This document shows, piece by piece, positions 12,245-25,944 of a stretch of DNA of 64,000 nt. Within the stretch, counting starts at the first letter, position 1; each line of letters begins with the position of its first letter. Source of the DNA: Eledone cirrhosa. Lineage: Eukaryota. Location of the stretch: NCBI GenBank assembly GCA_964016885.1, contig OZ024740.1, positions 183,210,001-183,274,000 on the forward strand, in the 5' to 3' direction. Under the pieces are notes generated by a model. That model saw nothing but the letters and a program-made list of their open reading frames with translations, had not been told where the DNA came from and did no database searches. The position numbers were made by a program, and so were the translations under genes.

Positions 12245-12375
12245 TCTTTATGGTCTGAGTTCAAATCCCGCGGAGGTTCACTTTGCCCTTCATCCTTACG
12301 TGGTCGATAAAAATAAAGTACCAGTAATGCACTGGGTAATTGCTGGCCTTTTGCCAAAAGTAGAAGCAATTATTA
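12245..12375 (+). mobile_element. tRNA-derived CORE-like SINE (family A), partial
   Basis: B-box GAGTTCAAATCC, core GCCCTTCATCCTTACGTGGTCGATAAAA, tail CTGGCC...AGAAGCAATTATT. Confidence 0.85.
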
Positions 12376-14926
12376 CAACTGGAGATAAATGTTCCTTTAA
12401 TAGGGAAGGATTGATCGTATAAAAATTTCTTCTCCAGTTTTTCTATTTCTCTAATGATCTATTTATTTCTGCAGCTGTTGTACCTCAAATAGATCTTCAA
12501 CACAGAATTAGATTCAAGATTATCTCAGCTAAATTGCATTGAATAATTAAATGAGACATATACAAAATAGGTTTTCAAGAAATGTGATTATCAAACAAAT
12601 AAATAAATATACATATATATATATAAATCTCATGGCCTTCAGATGCAACACTAAAATTATCTCAATGAAAGCTAGCTTTAATTAGACAACAGAGTCCTAG
12701 ATAATTAACAGTACAATCTGGCATGGCACTTTTCTTGTTTGTAAAATATCTTGCTATACAAAGCCAGTATTTTCAGAAACTATTTATAAATTAATACTTC
12801 TACTAACTGTGACAAAATTTATTTTAAAACACTAAGACCGAATTATTGATTTGGAGTTGAACTATAATTGACTTTCAGACCTGAAAACTAAAATGTCATG
12901 ATTAAATTCTATGCAATGATATTTCAATTAAAATACACAATAGATGCTTGCTAGAATTAGCCCAAGACTACAGAAAAGACATAGCTACATAATTGAAACT
13001 GGCGTGAAGATTTATCACTATAGCACTACATTCACTCGTCTCTTTTGTAGATCCACAACCTATATCCGTTGGCATTTTATCACCAACAATTCAACAGATT
13101 CTTTGAAGTTTAAAAGGAAATTCACAATTTTACTAACAAATATTTAAAAAAACAATATAAAAAATATATGAAAGTAATACACTAAATTAGCAGCAACCTA
13201 TATTCAGCAAACATTTTGGTTCAATAGTTTGTAATTATTGATTATAATCAGTTACCTAAATGACTATGCTCTCTTTGATAAGATGTATTAGAAATATTGA
13301 ATTTAGAATAATAAATACAATACAATAACAAAGTAAAATCAATTGTTATGAACTGTCCTATTGTTTCACAATGATGCTGTTGTTTGGCTACAGACCAATA
13401 TAATAATCAAGAGTTGTAAGCAATAGATGCTTATCTTTGTGACTTAATACATGGATTCAGTTTGATTGTTAAGGATAAATACTCATAGAAGAAAGATTGT
13501 AGTGTTGTAGTTCAGTCTAGAAACAATTCCTGTGTAAGTTCAATTTATGGAATTCCCAATAGTTGTTCATGGCTGTAAACCTCTTCTCTTCACACCACTG
13601 AATTAGTCTATGAGAACGGTATATGCTTATACAGCATGACATTAATGTAACAGCAAGCTTTGCTGCCAGAATACATCCCACACAGTATCATGTCTGATGT
13701 TCTAACAATTTCACCAATCCACTACCTTGGACTCAGTGCTGGATTTATTCTTCACACACATATTCTTGGACTCAGTGCTTGACTTCTTCTTCACCCCTAT
13801 ATTCCTGGGAGGGTCCTGGAGGCAAAGTCTTCAACACGCCTTCCAGCAGGCTCTATCAGAAGCAACCATCTCCAATTGAACTGGTTGGAGCCCCAAGCAA
13901 AACCATCCAAGCTCATGGATGTTATCCCAACCATCTTGCATAGGATCTGCACCCCAGACTCCTACCAGCTGGTTTTGCCTGTCCAGCAATTCCATCCAAA
14001 TCTATAGTATCAGAACCATGAGACTTTGTGGAGGACACTGACTTTATTTAGCCAGTAGCATCTAGCATACACCAATATAGCACCTGTCCCTAAACTGTAA
14101 GTGTTGTGATGTTCCAGGTTTTAATTAAGGTTTTCTCCCTTGTGGACCCTTTTGGTGTCTCGTGATATGCAATATTAGTGAGTCCATCCCATGCCTCACA
14201 GTTCAGGTCGCAGGCCCATCGTCAATTTTTGTGGCATGAAATGGAGAATTCAATATATTTTTTGAACAAGCTCCTCTGCCTAAGGCCTGAATACATCCCT
14301 TGTTAACATGCATCAAGGATCATCGGATGGATACACAAAGATTGTGTATCCTGGAAACCTTCTTGTCAGGGCTGTTGTGTCAGAGAAGAGGTCGCAGGGT
14401 GTGGATAGCAACATGGCCATCAGATATAATGGCTAGTTGTGATATGAGCAGGCAACTGCCATGGTAATGAGCAATCCACAACCAACAGCAGTAAACTACT
14501 AGACGGGATGGAGCAAGGGGTGACACCTGTATCTCCCAAGAAATTTTCACAACACAGTGAAGTAGCTATGACGAGGCGAGTAAAGGCCGATGCAAAAAAA
14601 GCCAGTCTTAGCAGGTTGGAGAAAGTACCAGATTGGTGACTGACATGAATATGAGCACCGAAACTGGAACTGCAATATGGTGATGCTTTTGTAACAGTGT
14701 TATATCTACATACAGGATGATACCTTGATCCACAAATGTTGATGTGTTTTCTGTAAAATATGAGTGTCAACATTTACACGAGTATATATGCTGTATATTT
14801 CTATATATGTATGTACAAATATATATACACATACATACACATAAATACACATAAATACATACACATAAATATACACATACACATACATACACATAAATAT
14901 ATATATGCACACACATACACATACAT

Positions 14927-14970
<44 letters not shown>

Positions 14971-15086
14971 GCACACACATATATACGTACACATAAATAT
15001 ATATATACGCACACACACACACACACATAAATATATATATACATGCACACACACACATACATAATACATACATACATACATATATA

Positions 15087-16700
15087 GACCCAACAGAGGG
15101 ACCAGCTTGACGAATATAGGGTCCACGAGGCACTTAAGGAAATGAAAAGTGGTAAGGCCGCTGGACCGTCGGGGGTAGTTGCTGAGATGCTGAAGGCATC
15201 AGAAGTAGACACTAAACTAATTGCACGCATCATCAATGAAGCTATATATGGTGGTGTCATACCCAAAGACTGGTGCAGCAGTATTCTCATAAATTGCTAC
15301 AAAGGTAAAGGGGATGCTCTAGAGAAGAGCAATTATAGGGGCATAAAACTGATGGATCAGGTTATGAAAGTGGCATAGGGAATATTTACACAACTAATTA
15401 GAGAAAGGGTTCAAATTAGATGAGATGCAGTTTGGGTTTTGTGCTTGGGAAGAGTACAACATATGCCCTCTTCTTGGTGAGACAAGGGAGGTTCTTAGAG
15501 AAGAATAAGCTACTATACTTAACTTTTATTGACCTAGAGAAGGCATTTGATAGGGTACCCTGATCTGTCATCTGGTGGTCCCTAAGGAAACTAGATGGAG
15601 AGGAATGGCTTGTGAGGACAGTGCAAGCTATATACAGAGGTGCTGTCAGTAAAGTGAGAGTAGGAATGGAGTTTAGTGAGGAATTCCAGATACTAGTAGG
15701 TGTACATCAGTTTTCGGTCCTCAGCCCGCTCTTGTTCATTATAGTCCTCCAAGCCCATGGGAACTTTTCTATGCTAATGATATGGCTTTTATAGCAGAAT
15801 CAATAGAGGAACTAGAGAATAAATTATGGCTATGGAAACAGCAGTTGGAATCAAGAGGACTCGCAGTGAACATATCTAAGACAAAAGTGTTGATGAGCAG
15901 AAAAGAGGGCAAAACTCTGATTACATCAGGGAAATGGCCATGTTCGATATGTAGAAAAGGAACTGGCATAAATTCTATAAAATGTACATAATGCAGATAT
16001 TGGGTACACAAGAGATGCAGTGGGATAGCAGGCACACTAACAGGTAGGGAAAACTACGTATGCAGTAGATATACAGGGAAATTTGACAGTAGAAGTCACA
16101 ATGATAAGCACATTTTTCAAATGCGGGTGGGTTCTATAGAAGTGGTTGATAGCTTCTGGTATCTATATGATCAGATTATCATGGGAGGGGGGGGGGGGTT
16201 CTGAGGCCATAGTATCTAGAATAAGGACGAGTTGGAAGAAGTTTAGGGAGCTGCTTCCTTTGTTGACAAAGAAGGGTTTCTCCCTATGAATGAAAGGTTG
16301 GTTATATAATGACTGCGTGAGATGCGCGATGCTGCATGGTAGTGAGACATGGGCAGCAACTTCAGAGGATATGCGATGGCTGAAGAGAAATGAAGCAAGC
16401 ATGCTCCGTTGGATGTGCAATGTCAATGTGCGTGAATAACCAAGCATAGATGAGTTGAGAGAGAAACTGTGTATAAGAGGGATAAGTTGTAGTATGTGTG
16501 AAATCCCAGTAGAAGGAAGATGCAGTAGAGGAAGACCACAAAAACATGGGAAGATGTTGTAGTAGCAGACCTCAGATTGCTGAAGTTCACAGAGGAGATG
16601 ACGAAGGACTGTGACAAGTGGAGAGATGCTGTCCTGAATAGGACTCGTCCATCCTGGCAAGCAGGGACAAGCAGACGTAAAATGATGATGATGATGATGA
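15087..16700 (+). mobile_element. RTE-clade LINE, diverged second family, RT to 3' end, degenerate
   Basis: MKSGKAAGPSGVVAEML, NYRGIKL, GVHQFSVLSPLLF, SGKWPCSICRKG, LHGSETW; (GAT)n tail at ~16682-16700. Confidence 0.9.
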
Positions 16701-16704
16701 TATA

Positions 16705-16985
16705 TATCATCATCAACATCATTTAACATCCCCTTACCTTGCTAGCAAGGGTGGGAAGAGTCTGTGCAGACCAAGTCAGTACTTAAGTGGGCCACAGATG
16801 TCCCTGACTGGCCAAGGAGGTTGTATCACACTTAATACAGTTATCATATGCAGAGGAGATGTTGTCATGTCTTTTGACACAAATTGAAGGATCCTCCTAA
16901 CACCTTTTTTCACAAGCTCTCTATGGCTGGGTGTCCTTTCCAACACCAACTAATTTACAGTATGGACTGGGTGCTTTTATTGTGA
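16705..16985 (-). mobile_element. Degenerate RTE-type 3' end, tail-to-tail with the preceding copy
   Basis: (CAT)n-TTTAAC start; ggctgggtgtcctttccaacaccaac...ttacagtatggactgggtgctttta is the reverse complement of the RTE 3' motif. Confidence 0.7.
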
Positions 16986-17059
16986 AGATCATCATGACTG
17001 GGTGGGGGATTCATATCCCTGACCTAACTAAAGTATCCTCGCAATAATAATAATATAAC

Positions 17060-17195
17060 AGCCCTTTGTGGTCTGAGTTCAAATCCCACTGAGGTTAACT
17101 TTGCCTCTCATCCTTATGTTGATAAAATAAAGCACCAGTAATACACTGGGATAATTGCTGGCCTCCTGCCAAAATTAGGAACAATTATTTATTTT
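17060..17195 (+). mobile_element. SINE family A, partial
   Basis: GAGTTCAAATCCC, core and tail motifs. Confidence 0.8.
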
Positions 17196-17769
17196 TTCAT
17201 TATTAATATTAATATTAAATATAATTATATTTTTTCAGAGAAGTGCCTCAAATTTCATATAGCTTAGGGCAACAGCAAGTGAAAATCCAGCCTTGCCTAG
17301 ACTGGTACAATATTAACCCTGAAACGATGGATGTCAAGTTGACTTCATTGGGCTTTCAAATCAAACAGCCACAATAAATGCTGCAAGACATTTAATTTTA
17401 TATTCTTACAAATCTGCCAATTTATCTCTGGTGAAGGAACATTAACTTTAAATTCTTTGCTTTGATATCAAATTGTATATAAATGACTTCAATATCTAAA
17501 TAAATGTTTTATACAGACAAAAAAAGACTATATAGCAATTTACTGGTAATACAATTTGTTAGAATATACAAAAGAATGCTCATGAAAATTTCCAAACAGA
17601 TTCTATTTTTGTGAAATTAACATTTTGTTTGTGTAGTGGCTGTTATTGTTGTATAAGTCCAGATGAGTGTTGATCAATGATATATTAGAAAGTCACATGA
17701 CTAGATGTGATCCATAGGATACAAATGTACCATAGCTGCTCTGACATAGGAGGTGACAAGCTAGATATA

Positions 17770-18720
17770 TATAACAAAGAGGAGAAGTGGAAATGCTTAC
17801 ATGACAATGTTTGTGAGCTACTGACAAGACATGTAGCTCCAGTAAATTGCCAGACTCCCAGAGAGTGACATGATGGTGGGACAGCACATTAGAGAGAACC
17901 ATTAAAGACAAGAAGCAGGCAAGGAAAGATTGGAAAAATAGGAACAGCAGAGACTGGTATCAGGTAGCCAAAAAGAAGTTAGATGACAGGTATACACAGC
18001 TCAGAGAGAGGCTAAAAAAAAAGAAAGTTTGCCAACATCTTGAGGATCAGAGAAGTGATGCGTTCTGAATCTCAAGGCAGTGTGTTAGTGTAAATTGAGA
18101 TGTTGTTGGGGAAAAGTGTGTTAAAAATGATTCTGGTACATTTAGCACCACTGATACTCAAACAAAAGAGGCCTGGGAATGTTACTATGAGAGATTGATG
18201 AATGAAAAGAATGAATGGGAGGAGGAAAAACTACCCCCTTCTAACCAAACAAAAGTATGAGCTACTGAAATTGACAGTTATAGGGTCAAAGAATTAATAA
18301 AAGACATGAAAAATGGTAAAACTGCAGAAGCATCAGAAATAGTTGCTGAATTGCAAAACACTTTGGAAGAAATAGGAGTTTAACTAGTAAACTACGATAT
18401 CAATGAGAAGTCATACCATAACTGGTGAAGCATTACAGTCATAAATTGCTACAAAGGCAAATGTGATGCTCAGTTTGGTTTCATGCCTGCAAAAAGTACA
18501 AATACCCTCTTCTTAGTAAGACAACTACAACAGAAATTCCTAGCCAAGAATAAGCCATTATATTTAGCTTTATTTGATCTAGAAAGGGACTTTGACAGAG
18601 TACCTCGATTTATTATCTAGTGATACTTAACACTTTCATGACTGCATTTTGAGAGATGCTGTGTTGAAAAGGAGCCTTCCAACTCATGCAAGAGGGGAAA
18701 AATGGACGTAAAAATGGTGA
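17770..18720 (+). mobile_element. Old RTE LINE fragment (APE-RT linker to RT N-terminus)
   Basis: Degenerate matches to VTWWW, GEKCV, KDMKNGK, NCYKGK, LVRQLQQKFLAKNKPLYLALFDLERDFDRVP. Confidence 0.8.
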
Positions 18721-18999
18721 TATTTTGTGCACTGCTTTCTTACAACAGTAATACATGACTTGTGACTTCTTCCTCTCTCTCTCCCATCCCTACCATTATC
18801 AAATTCCCACAAAAAAGTCAGAAGGTGAAAGGCAGTTCTTAAGTTGAAAAAAAGATTCACTTTGTCCTATACCTGGAGGCTCATCAGGCAGGATTCTATC
18901 CCAGTTTCATTGGCAGTAATTAATGAAGAGTATATGATTTCACACTAAACAGGTTGATAGTCTATCATAGGATTAACAACAGCTACTGCTGGTACTCAT

Positions 19000-19085
19000 T
19001 TTCAACTGAATGAGCTGAAGCAACATGGAATGAAGTGTTTTGCTGAAGAACATATGCTACGAGGTCCAAGAATTGAACCCATGAC
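19000..19085 (-). mobile_element. tRNA-derived SINE (family B) head fragment
   Basis: Reverse complement shows a B-box-like GGTTCAATTC followed by the tgttcttcagcaaaacactt...atgttgct motif shared with 25290-25530. Confidence 0.6.
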
Positions 19086-19764
19086 AAACATAAAACATTC
19101 TAGATATAATGCATGAATGTCATAACTCACCATCTCACTTAATTTTAAAAATTGCACCTTCTTGCCTAAATGCATACACCATAACAACATCGTAAACATT
19201 ACTTTTCTTATCTCTCTCTAATATATTCACAAAAATGATCCAGTTTTAGATTATCTACTTGAGCATCTCATAAAATGTCACTCAAAATAATGTTCATGCA
19301 GCAGTTTTATATTTTCTAAAAAATTGAATGCTATCCTCTTTATATTACAAGAGAGAGAACATAGAAAATTAGTTACTTTCATTTTTTACAAAAAATATAT
19401 AGTTTCGTATTAAGGTTATCTACTATATTACATTATATGTAATATACTGATTTGAAAAAATTTGATTAACTGAGATATCGATGTCAGTTAGTAGAAAATT
19501 TCTCCTCCTGTGAACTGTATAAAATACAAAAACAAGTGCAATAACTCAAATAAAATGAGTTCAATGAACGTTTTGGAAACAATAGAAGATATAATATGTG
19601 AGTATATCAGGTACATAAGATGGTTGGTGAAAACATATTTCTGTTTTATTAAGACACACAAGAATAACATTTTCTAATCAATTGGCAAGACTAAGAATAG
19701 AAATGGCAGGAGAATGTGAGAAATAAAGCAAACATAGTGATATTAATTGCATTTGTGAAGATTG

Positions 19765-19882
19765 GGTACCTTAGTGGTTAAAGAATTGGATATGCAATCG
19801 TGAGGTTGCGAATTCGATTCCTGGATAGGCAATGCATTATGTCCTTGAGCAAGGCACTTTATTTCATGTTGCTCCATCTGCC
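19765..19882 (+). mobile_element. tRNA-derived SINE (family B) 5' part
   Basis: A-box-like TAGTGGTTA, B-box-like TTCGATTCC, TGTCCTTGAGCAAGGCACTTTATTTCATGTTGCTCCA. Confidence 0.75.
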
Positions 19883-20355
19883 AGGAGTTAGGACCAATAG
19901 ATAGTATCAGTAATAGAAAGACCAATGGAAACATTGTTTCCTTGGTCCAATTTGACAAGTTCCAGCCCGCTTGGTAAGTAAATGAATCTGGGATTATCCT
20001 GATCAATTCTTTCTTCTTAATTGCTTTTGTTTTGTTTAGTTATTTTATAATATTCTTTCTTTAGCACAAGGTCCACCGTAATCAACAAAAACTATGATGA
20101 AAGCCATTCCAGCAGTACCCTATCTTTAATTCAGACAATTTATTCATCACTACTTTATCCAATGTATCCCTCCCTTCTATGATGGTATGGTGTGATTTGG
20201 CTACTAGTTTTAGCAGATCAAGTGATTGTGCAGATATCGCCTTGTTAGCTTGTATGAGAAAGATTTATGAGCTATGTGTTCAAATGTGTCAAGTCAAAAA
20301 GCATTTTCATTTCACAGATTATTAAGACTGCAAACAGAAGTTAGCGAAAATAATT

Positions 20356-20480
20356 CATCATCATCATCATTGCGATCATAGTCGAACATTGCTGACAAAG
20401 TCTCTCCACAATTCATGGTTTTCCATTGCTCCTGGTAACTGCTTCCTACTGAGTTTTGTATCATCTGAGGGTCGATGGAT
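20356..20480 (-). mobile_element. Short RTE-like 3' end fragment
   Basis: (CAT)n followed by minus-strand coding remnant resembling an RTE C-terminus. Confidence 0.45.
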
Positions 20481-21841
20481 GAAGGTTCGAGTGAGTCTTC
20501 CACTACTGTCTCTCCCATAAGTTCTTTATCACAATAGTAGCTTGCGTACATCTTCCTGCTTTCTTATCCAGCAATGTCCTGCAAATCGCAACCAGCTTTG
20601 AGCATTTGTAGTTGTTATTTTGGGTAGTTTTCCATATAAAAAATCATATTGAAAGTTTTAAACTCAATATGTACACATTAAGAGAAATGATTTAAAACAT
20701 TTTTCATCATAGAATCAGAGTAGTTTAAAGCAGATCGTTATTGATATATCACAATATTAGCTTTTGTATAACTTTCTGCGTACTTCTCCAGCAATGTACT
20801 ACACATCGTAACTGTCTTTGAGCAATTATGGTTATCATGCGCAAGTTTCTGTATAAACTTTCATTTCTAATATTGACATCAATTTATGTTTTGTACAACT
20901 TTAAGATTTTTATAATATGCACCATCTAATTACATTTCAAGTGTTTGTGCCAGGGTCTAAAACTGACTGAACAGATAATCTGATGAATTATATTTTCATT
21001 TTTCAGGGTAGATCTGAATTCCATATCCTTTCCATTTTGTTCGTTGTAACTTTAGAAATTCTAATGTCAATGTCTTTTTTTTTCATGAACACATCCAGCT
21101 GCCCAAATATAGAAAACAAACCATGATGGAAAAGAACTGGAAGAGAGCTCATACTTAAAATACATGGTATACTGATTATTAGTTGATTTCCAAATAATTG
21201 TTTCTACTTTTTTTTTTTTTTTTTCAAAATAATGAATCCCTGAGTGTGATTATACTGTGTACCCCTTCAGAGTGGTCTAAGCCGTTTGAGTAAAAAGCAC
21301 TCCATCAGTAAAGTAACAGGTAAACCTGAATAGTTTGTAATGATACCACCAAATGAACTCCAAGTTTAAACTTCCCACCAAAATGTTGATTAAAAAAATG
21401 TTTTTTCAAATTTCTAGTTTAAACATTTTTCTATTTTGTCAACATTCTCTGTTACACAGTATCCAGTACCAAACCAGCCATAACTAATTTCAGGGGCAGG
21501 AAGTTAAAACAGTAACATCTTAATATGTTTTAAAAGTTATGGATTCTGATTGTATAAAAAACAAAAGACACATTTAGCATTTCGATAGTGTGATTATTTC
21601 AAATATTTACTAATAAACACTTGGAGTGAAATTTGGTAGAAACTGCGAAAGATCTTCACATGCAAACGTATGTGTGTGCACACGCCATAAATTAATGGTT
21701 TATTGAGAAGTGTTAAAATGCTCCAAATAATGAGGAAATCTGACCTAACAAAGAAGCCTATCCATCAAAGAAATTCCTTACTGAAGAATGAAGAAAAAAG
21801 CAGAAAAGAATTCCTTTCATGTATTACATCTGGATACTAAT

Positions 21842-21872
21842 TGCCCGGCAACGACGGGCTATTTTGCCAGTA
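21842..21872 (+). mobile_element. Helitron-like 3' terminus
   Basis: GCCCGgcaacgaCGGGC hairpin followed ~7 nt later by CCAGT (CTAG-like). Confidence 0.45.
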
Positions 21873-22254
21873 TCTCATATTTTGCAGAGAACAATACACA
21901 AGTAATTAGGCTAAAAAAAAACCCAGAAAGAACTAACAGAATAAGCATACCTACATAGCCACTAAGTATGTGTGTGTGTGTGTGTGACACAACTGGTACA
22001 GCAATGAAAAAAAGGGATTGGTACGTGTGAATGGATATACAACATTTTTTTTTATTATATTGGCAAATTTTCTTTATGGAATATATTGTGTAGATAGTTT
22101 AATAAAAGAAAAAAAGAAAATTTCAATTGAGAAGAATGGAATGGAAAGTAGGAGAATATAAAGAAAAAAAAAGAAACCTGGAAAAGGAAGGGAATGGCAT
22201 GCACTCTAGTGTAACATAAGCATGGGAAGGCAGAGGATGGTTGGGCTCTGGGCA

Positions 22255-22555
22255 CAGCGGAAAAGGGGCTGCACCCCACAGACAAGACCGCAAAAGCATT
22301 CCTGCGGACAATGTCCCATGACACGCACTGCAACAACCACCCCATCTTGCAGGGCTCCTTAATCAGACAGGCCACCACAGTTCCGATCTTGCAGAGGAGC
22401 TTTAATGTATGGGGTCCATGTATGCTGGAGATCTTGATGGTGACATGTGCGAAGAGGAAGCGGCCGGACATTCCCTGGTATTTGTTTATTTTCCTTTCCT
22501 CTGCAAGGCGGGCCATGATACAAGGGTTTGTGGTTTAAGCGTCTAAGCTGGAAGC
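22255..22555 (-). mobile_element. CRE-like non-LTR retrotransposon RLE C-terminal fragment
   Basis: KYQGMSGRFLF...GPHTLKLLCKIG...EPCKMGWLLQCVSWDIVRRNA resembles the RLE end consensus WLxQRLSxxIxRGNA. Confidence 0.75.
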
Positions 22556-22764
22556 AGAGAATGTACTAATTTGTATTTGTGAATATGTCATAGGTGTATT
22601 GTCCACAACAAATAGCCAAATTGGTGGCACTTATTCTTTTTAGATTAGATTTTGTACACCCTCCTTAGAAATATCAATATGAATTTGTGATCATATCATA
22701 GTTGCCAGTTGACATTTCTTTTTAAATGTGGGATTTATGGCTGATGGTGTGTGACTCACGTCAA

Positions 22765-23040
22765 AATTAGCAGCAGGGTGTCAAGGAACACGAACATTTC
22801 ATACCAACAAAAGCACTGCAGCTTAGTTTTCTCTTTGCACTAGACACCGCTGAGACCTCAGAAGTGCTTGGACCCTCTTCTGCCAAGTTCCTCTGCAAGA
22901 TTGGAACATCAGCAGCCTGTCTGTGGAAGGAGCCCAGCGAGCTGGGGTGGCTGTTGCAGCGGATGTCACTGGCCAATGTGCGCGGAAATACCTTTACGAT
23001 CTTCTCTGCGGGGCACAGCCCAACGCCACCACGCACTATG
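22765..23040 (+). mobile_element. CRE-like RLE C-terminal fragment
   Basis: ETSEVLGPSSAKFLCKIG...EPSELGWLLQRMSLANVRGNT. Confidence 0.75.
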
Positions 23041-23409
23041 CTTTGAGTCGATGTGAACCTAGAACCCTTGAATTTCCCTTCATTTTTCGTTTTTATATAT
23101 CTGTAGTGCTGTTGTTATTTGTAATAGATTTCAATAAAAATCGATATAATAAAATACCAATAATACACTGGGATAATTGCTGGCCTTGTGCCTAAAGTAG
23201 AAACAGTTATTTGAAATAGATTTGTTTATGATTTTTTTTTATTGATGAGTTGTTCTGGGATTTAGATATAGTACTAGATCACCCATGAACCGTTGGGTCA
23301 CGTTCCCTAAAAAATATATTTTTAAAAATCATGTTCACAAAAATAATGTTTAAATATTTAAAGTATAGACATACATCTATATAATATAAAATAAAATTGG
23401 AAGGCCCAC

Positions 23410-23477
<68 letters not shown>

Positions 23478-23525
23478 TAATATATGTGGGTGTCTGTGAC
23501 ATATACACTGGTCACAAACTCACAG

Positions 23526-23567
<42 letters not shown>

Positions 23568-24354
23568 TAACTTAGAAACCCTTTCTATTTAGCAGGAAAT
23601 ATTCGCTACACACATCCTGTCCTAACACAAGTTATATGATACATATAAATTAATATTCAGTCACTAAATTTTAGCTAGCTACAGTAATGTTGTATTCGAT
23701 TCTTTGATGTTACTGTTATAATTTATTTCAACAACACCACCATCTCTTTCTCTCTCTCTCTCTCTTCTATTTTCCTTCTCTGTCTCCTCTTTCTCTCTTC
23801 CATTTTCCTTCACTCTCTCCTGTCTCTATATATATGTCTCTCTATTAATCTACTCTCTCACACCCACTATTTCACCCACTATTTCTCTCTATTTATGGAA
23901 AAACCCCATATCTCGGGAACTGTTAAATAATTCAACTAAAGAACACCACCAAAAACGTGGAATATAGAGAGGGAGGGAGAATTTGTTGGTCTGGTGAGAG
24001 AGTGAGGTATGTAGTGGGATATAGTGAGGGGAAGAGAATTTGGTGGTCTAGTAAGAGGGAATTGTGAGTGAGAGCGATGTATGTATTGGGATAGAGCGGG
24101 GGAGTATTTGTTGGACTAGTGAGATATGTGATGGGATATAGAGATGGGGAGATAGATTGGTGGTCTACAGACAGAGTGGTAATTGAGAGAGAGAGAGAGT
24201 GAGGTATGTAGTGGTATAGAGTGAGGGGAGAGAGATTGTTGCTTTAGTGATAGAGGGGGAATTGTGAGAGAGTGTGAGGTACAGAGACGAAGAGAATTTG
24301 GTAGCCTAGTGAGAGAGGGGGAAATGTGAGAGTGAGTGAGGTATATACTGGGAT

Positions 24355-24655
24355 AATCAAATATACACCCCCATCAACACCACCACAACATCCAGTCCTA
24401 AATATATGAGGTCTTGTAGGTGTCCACACAGTCCACGCTGTAATGTGGCCGTGTAGGTAACACGGTAAAAACCTCCCAGTGCACACTGTAAACGTGGTTG
24501 GTGTTAGGAAGGGTATCCAGCCATAGAAAACCTGCCAAACAGTCCTATACGAGCAAGACAACCACTCTTGCCTCAAGTGGGACAATTCCCGTCTAAACAC
24601 ATGCTAGCGTGGAAGATAGACGTTAAACGCTGATGATGATGATGATGAGGATGAT
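24355..24655 (+). mobile_element. RTE 3' UTR fragment nested in the minisatellite
   Basis: Near-identical to 5900-6252; (GAT)n tail. Confidence 0.9.
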
Positions 24656-25289
24656 AGCGAGCGGGAGAAGAGAATGTTGGTTTAGTGAGAGAGGGGGAAT
24701 TGTGAGAAAGTGCATTATGTAATGGGCTATAGAGAGAGTGAGAGAATTTTGTGGTTTAGTGAGAGAGGGGGAATTGTGAGAAAGTGCATTATGTAATGGG
24801 CTATAGAGAGAGTAAGAGAATTTTGTGGTTTAGTGAGAGAGGGGGAATTGTGAGAGTGAGAGAAAGTGTATTTTGTAGTAGATTATTGCGAGAGGGATAG
24901 ATTTTTGTGGTTTAGGGAGGGTTGTGGTATTGTAAGTGAGAGAGTGAGGTATGTAGTCGAATATAGAGAGGGAAGAAAATTTGGTGGTTTAGTGAGCGAG
25001 GGAATAGGTAGGTCTAGTGAGGAAGAGTGATATAGTGGTATATAGAGAGGGTGAGAAAGGTATAATGTTTTAGTGAGAGAGGGATAATATTTGGAAAGAG
25101 AGTCACAAAATAATTGTAGGAGGGAAGAAAAACGTTTTAATATTGGGTTTCACAGTAAAGTGGCTGTGTATATGAGTGTGTGTGTTTATATGTATATGTG
25201 TGTGTTTTTGTATATATATATATATATGTGTGTGTTTGTGTGTGTCTGTGCGTGTGTGTGTGTTTATATATGTATTTATGTGTGTGAAA

Positions 25290-25532
25290 GGGTGTGGTTA
25301 GGGTATTCGGCTCACAATCGTAAGGTCGTCAGTTCGATTCCCGGCGGGGTGTTGTGTCCTTGAACAAGACACTTTATTTCATGTTGCTCCAGTCAACTCA
25401 GCTGGCAAAAATGAGGTGTACCTCTAATTTGAAGGACCAGCCTTGCTATACACTGTGTCACACTGAATCTTCCTGAGAACTACGTAAAGGGTACGCATGT
25501 CAGTGGAATGCTCAGCCACCTGCACGTTAATT
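25290..25532 (+). mobile_element. tRNA-derived SINE (family B), 3'-truncated
   Basis: tRNA-like head GTGTGGTTAGGG...AGTTCGATTCCC, then GTGTCCTTGAACAAGACACTT and body. Confidence 0.8.
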
Positions 25533-25566
25533 ATGTGTTGTCTTTGTATTATATATATATATGTGT

Positions 25567-25603
<37 letters not shown>

Positions 25604-25619
25604 TGCGTGTGTATGCATG

Positions 25620-25650
<31 letters not shown>

Positions 25651-25761
25651 TTATAAATGCTTCCTATTTAGCAGGAAATATTTGTTAGACACATCCTGTC
25701 CCAACCCAAGTTATACGATACATATGACTTAACATTCAGTCACCAAATTCAAGCTAGATTT

Positions 25762-25944
25762 AATAATTGTTTCTACTTTAGGCACAAGGCCAGCAATTAC
25801 CCAATGCATTACTGGTACTTTATTTTATCGACCCCGTAAGGATGAAAGGCAAAGTCAACCTCGGCGGGATTTGAACTCAGACCGTAAAGGGACGTAACTA
25901 TGCTGGAAAGCATGGCGTCCGACCTTCTACCGATACTGCCAATA
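25762..25944 (-). mobile_element. SINE family A, near full length
   Basis: Reverse complement of 30647-30835. Confidence 0.9.

Noticed and set aside
13600-14700. Higher-GC stretch that may be an old LINE 5' region
   Set aside because: No motif I could identify with confidence
23960-25080. Regularly repeated motifs resembling a CRISPR-like array (also 31900-33100)
   Set aside because: Units are degenerate tandem repeats without unique spacers; eukaryotic context and no cas genes
25290-25365. tRNA-like sequence with A and B boxes (also the heads of SINE family A)
   Set aside because: No complete cloverleaf or acceptor stem, and it continues directly into a repeated SINE body
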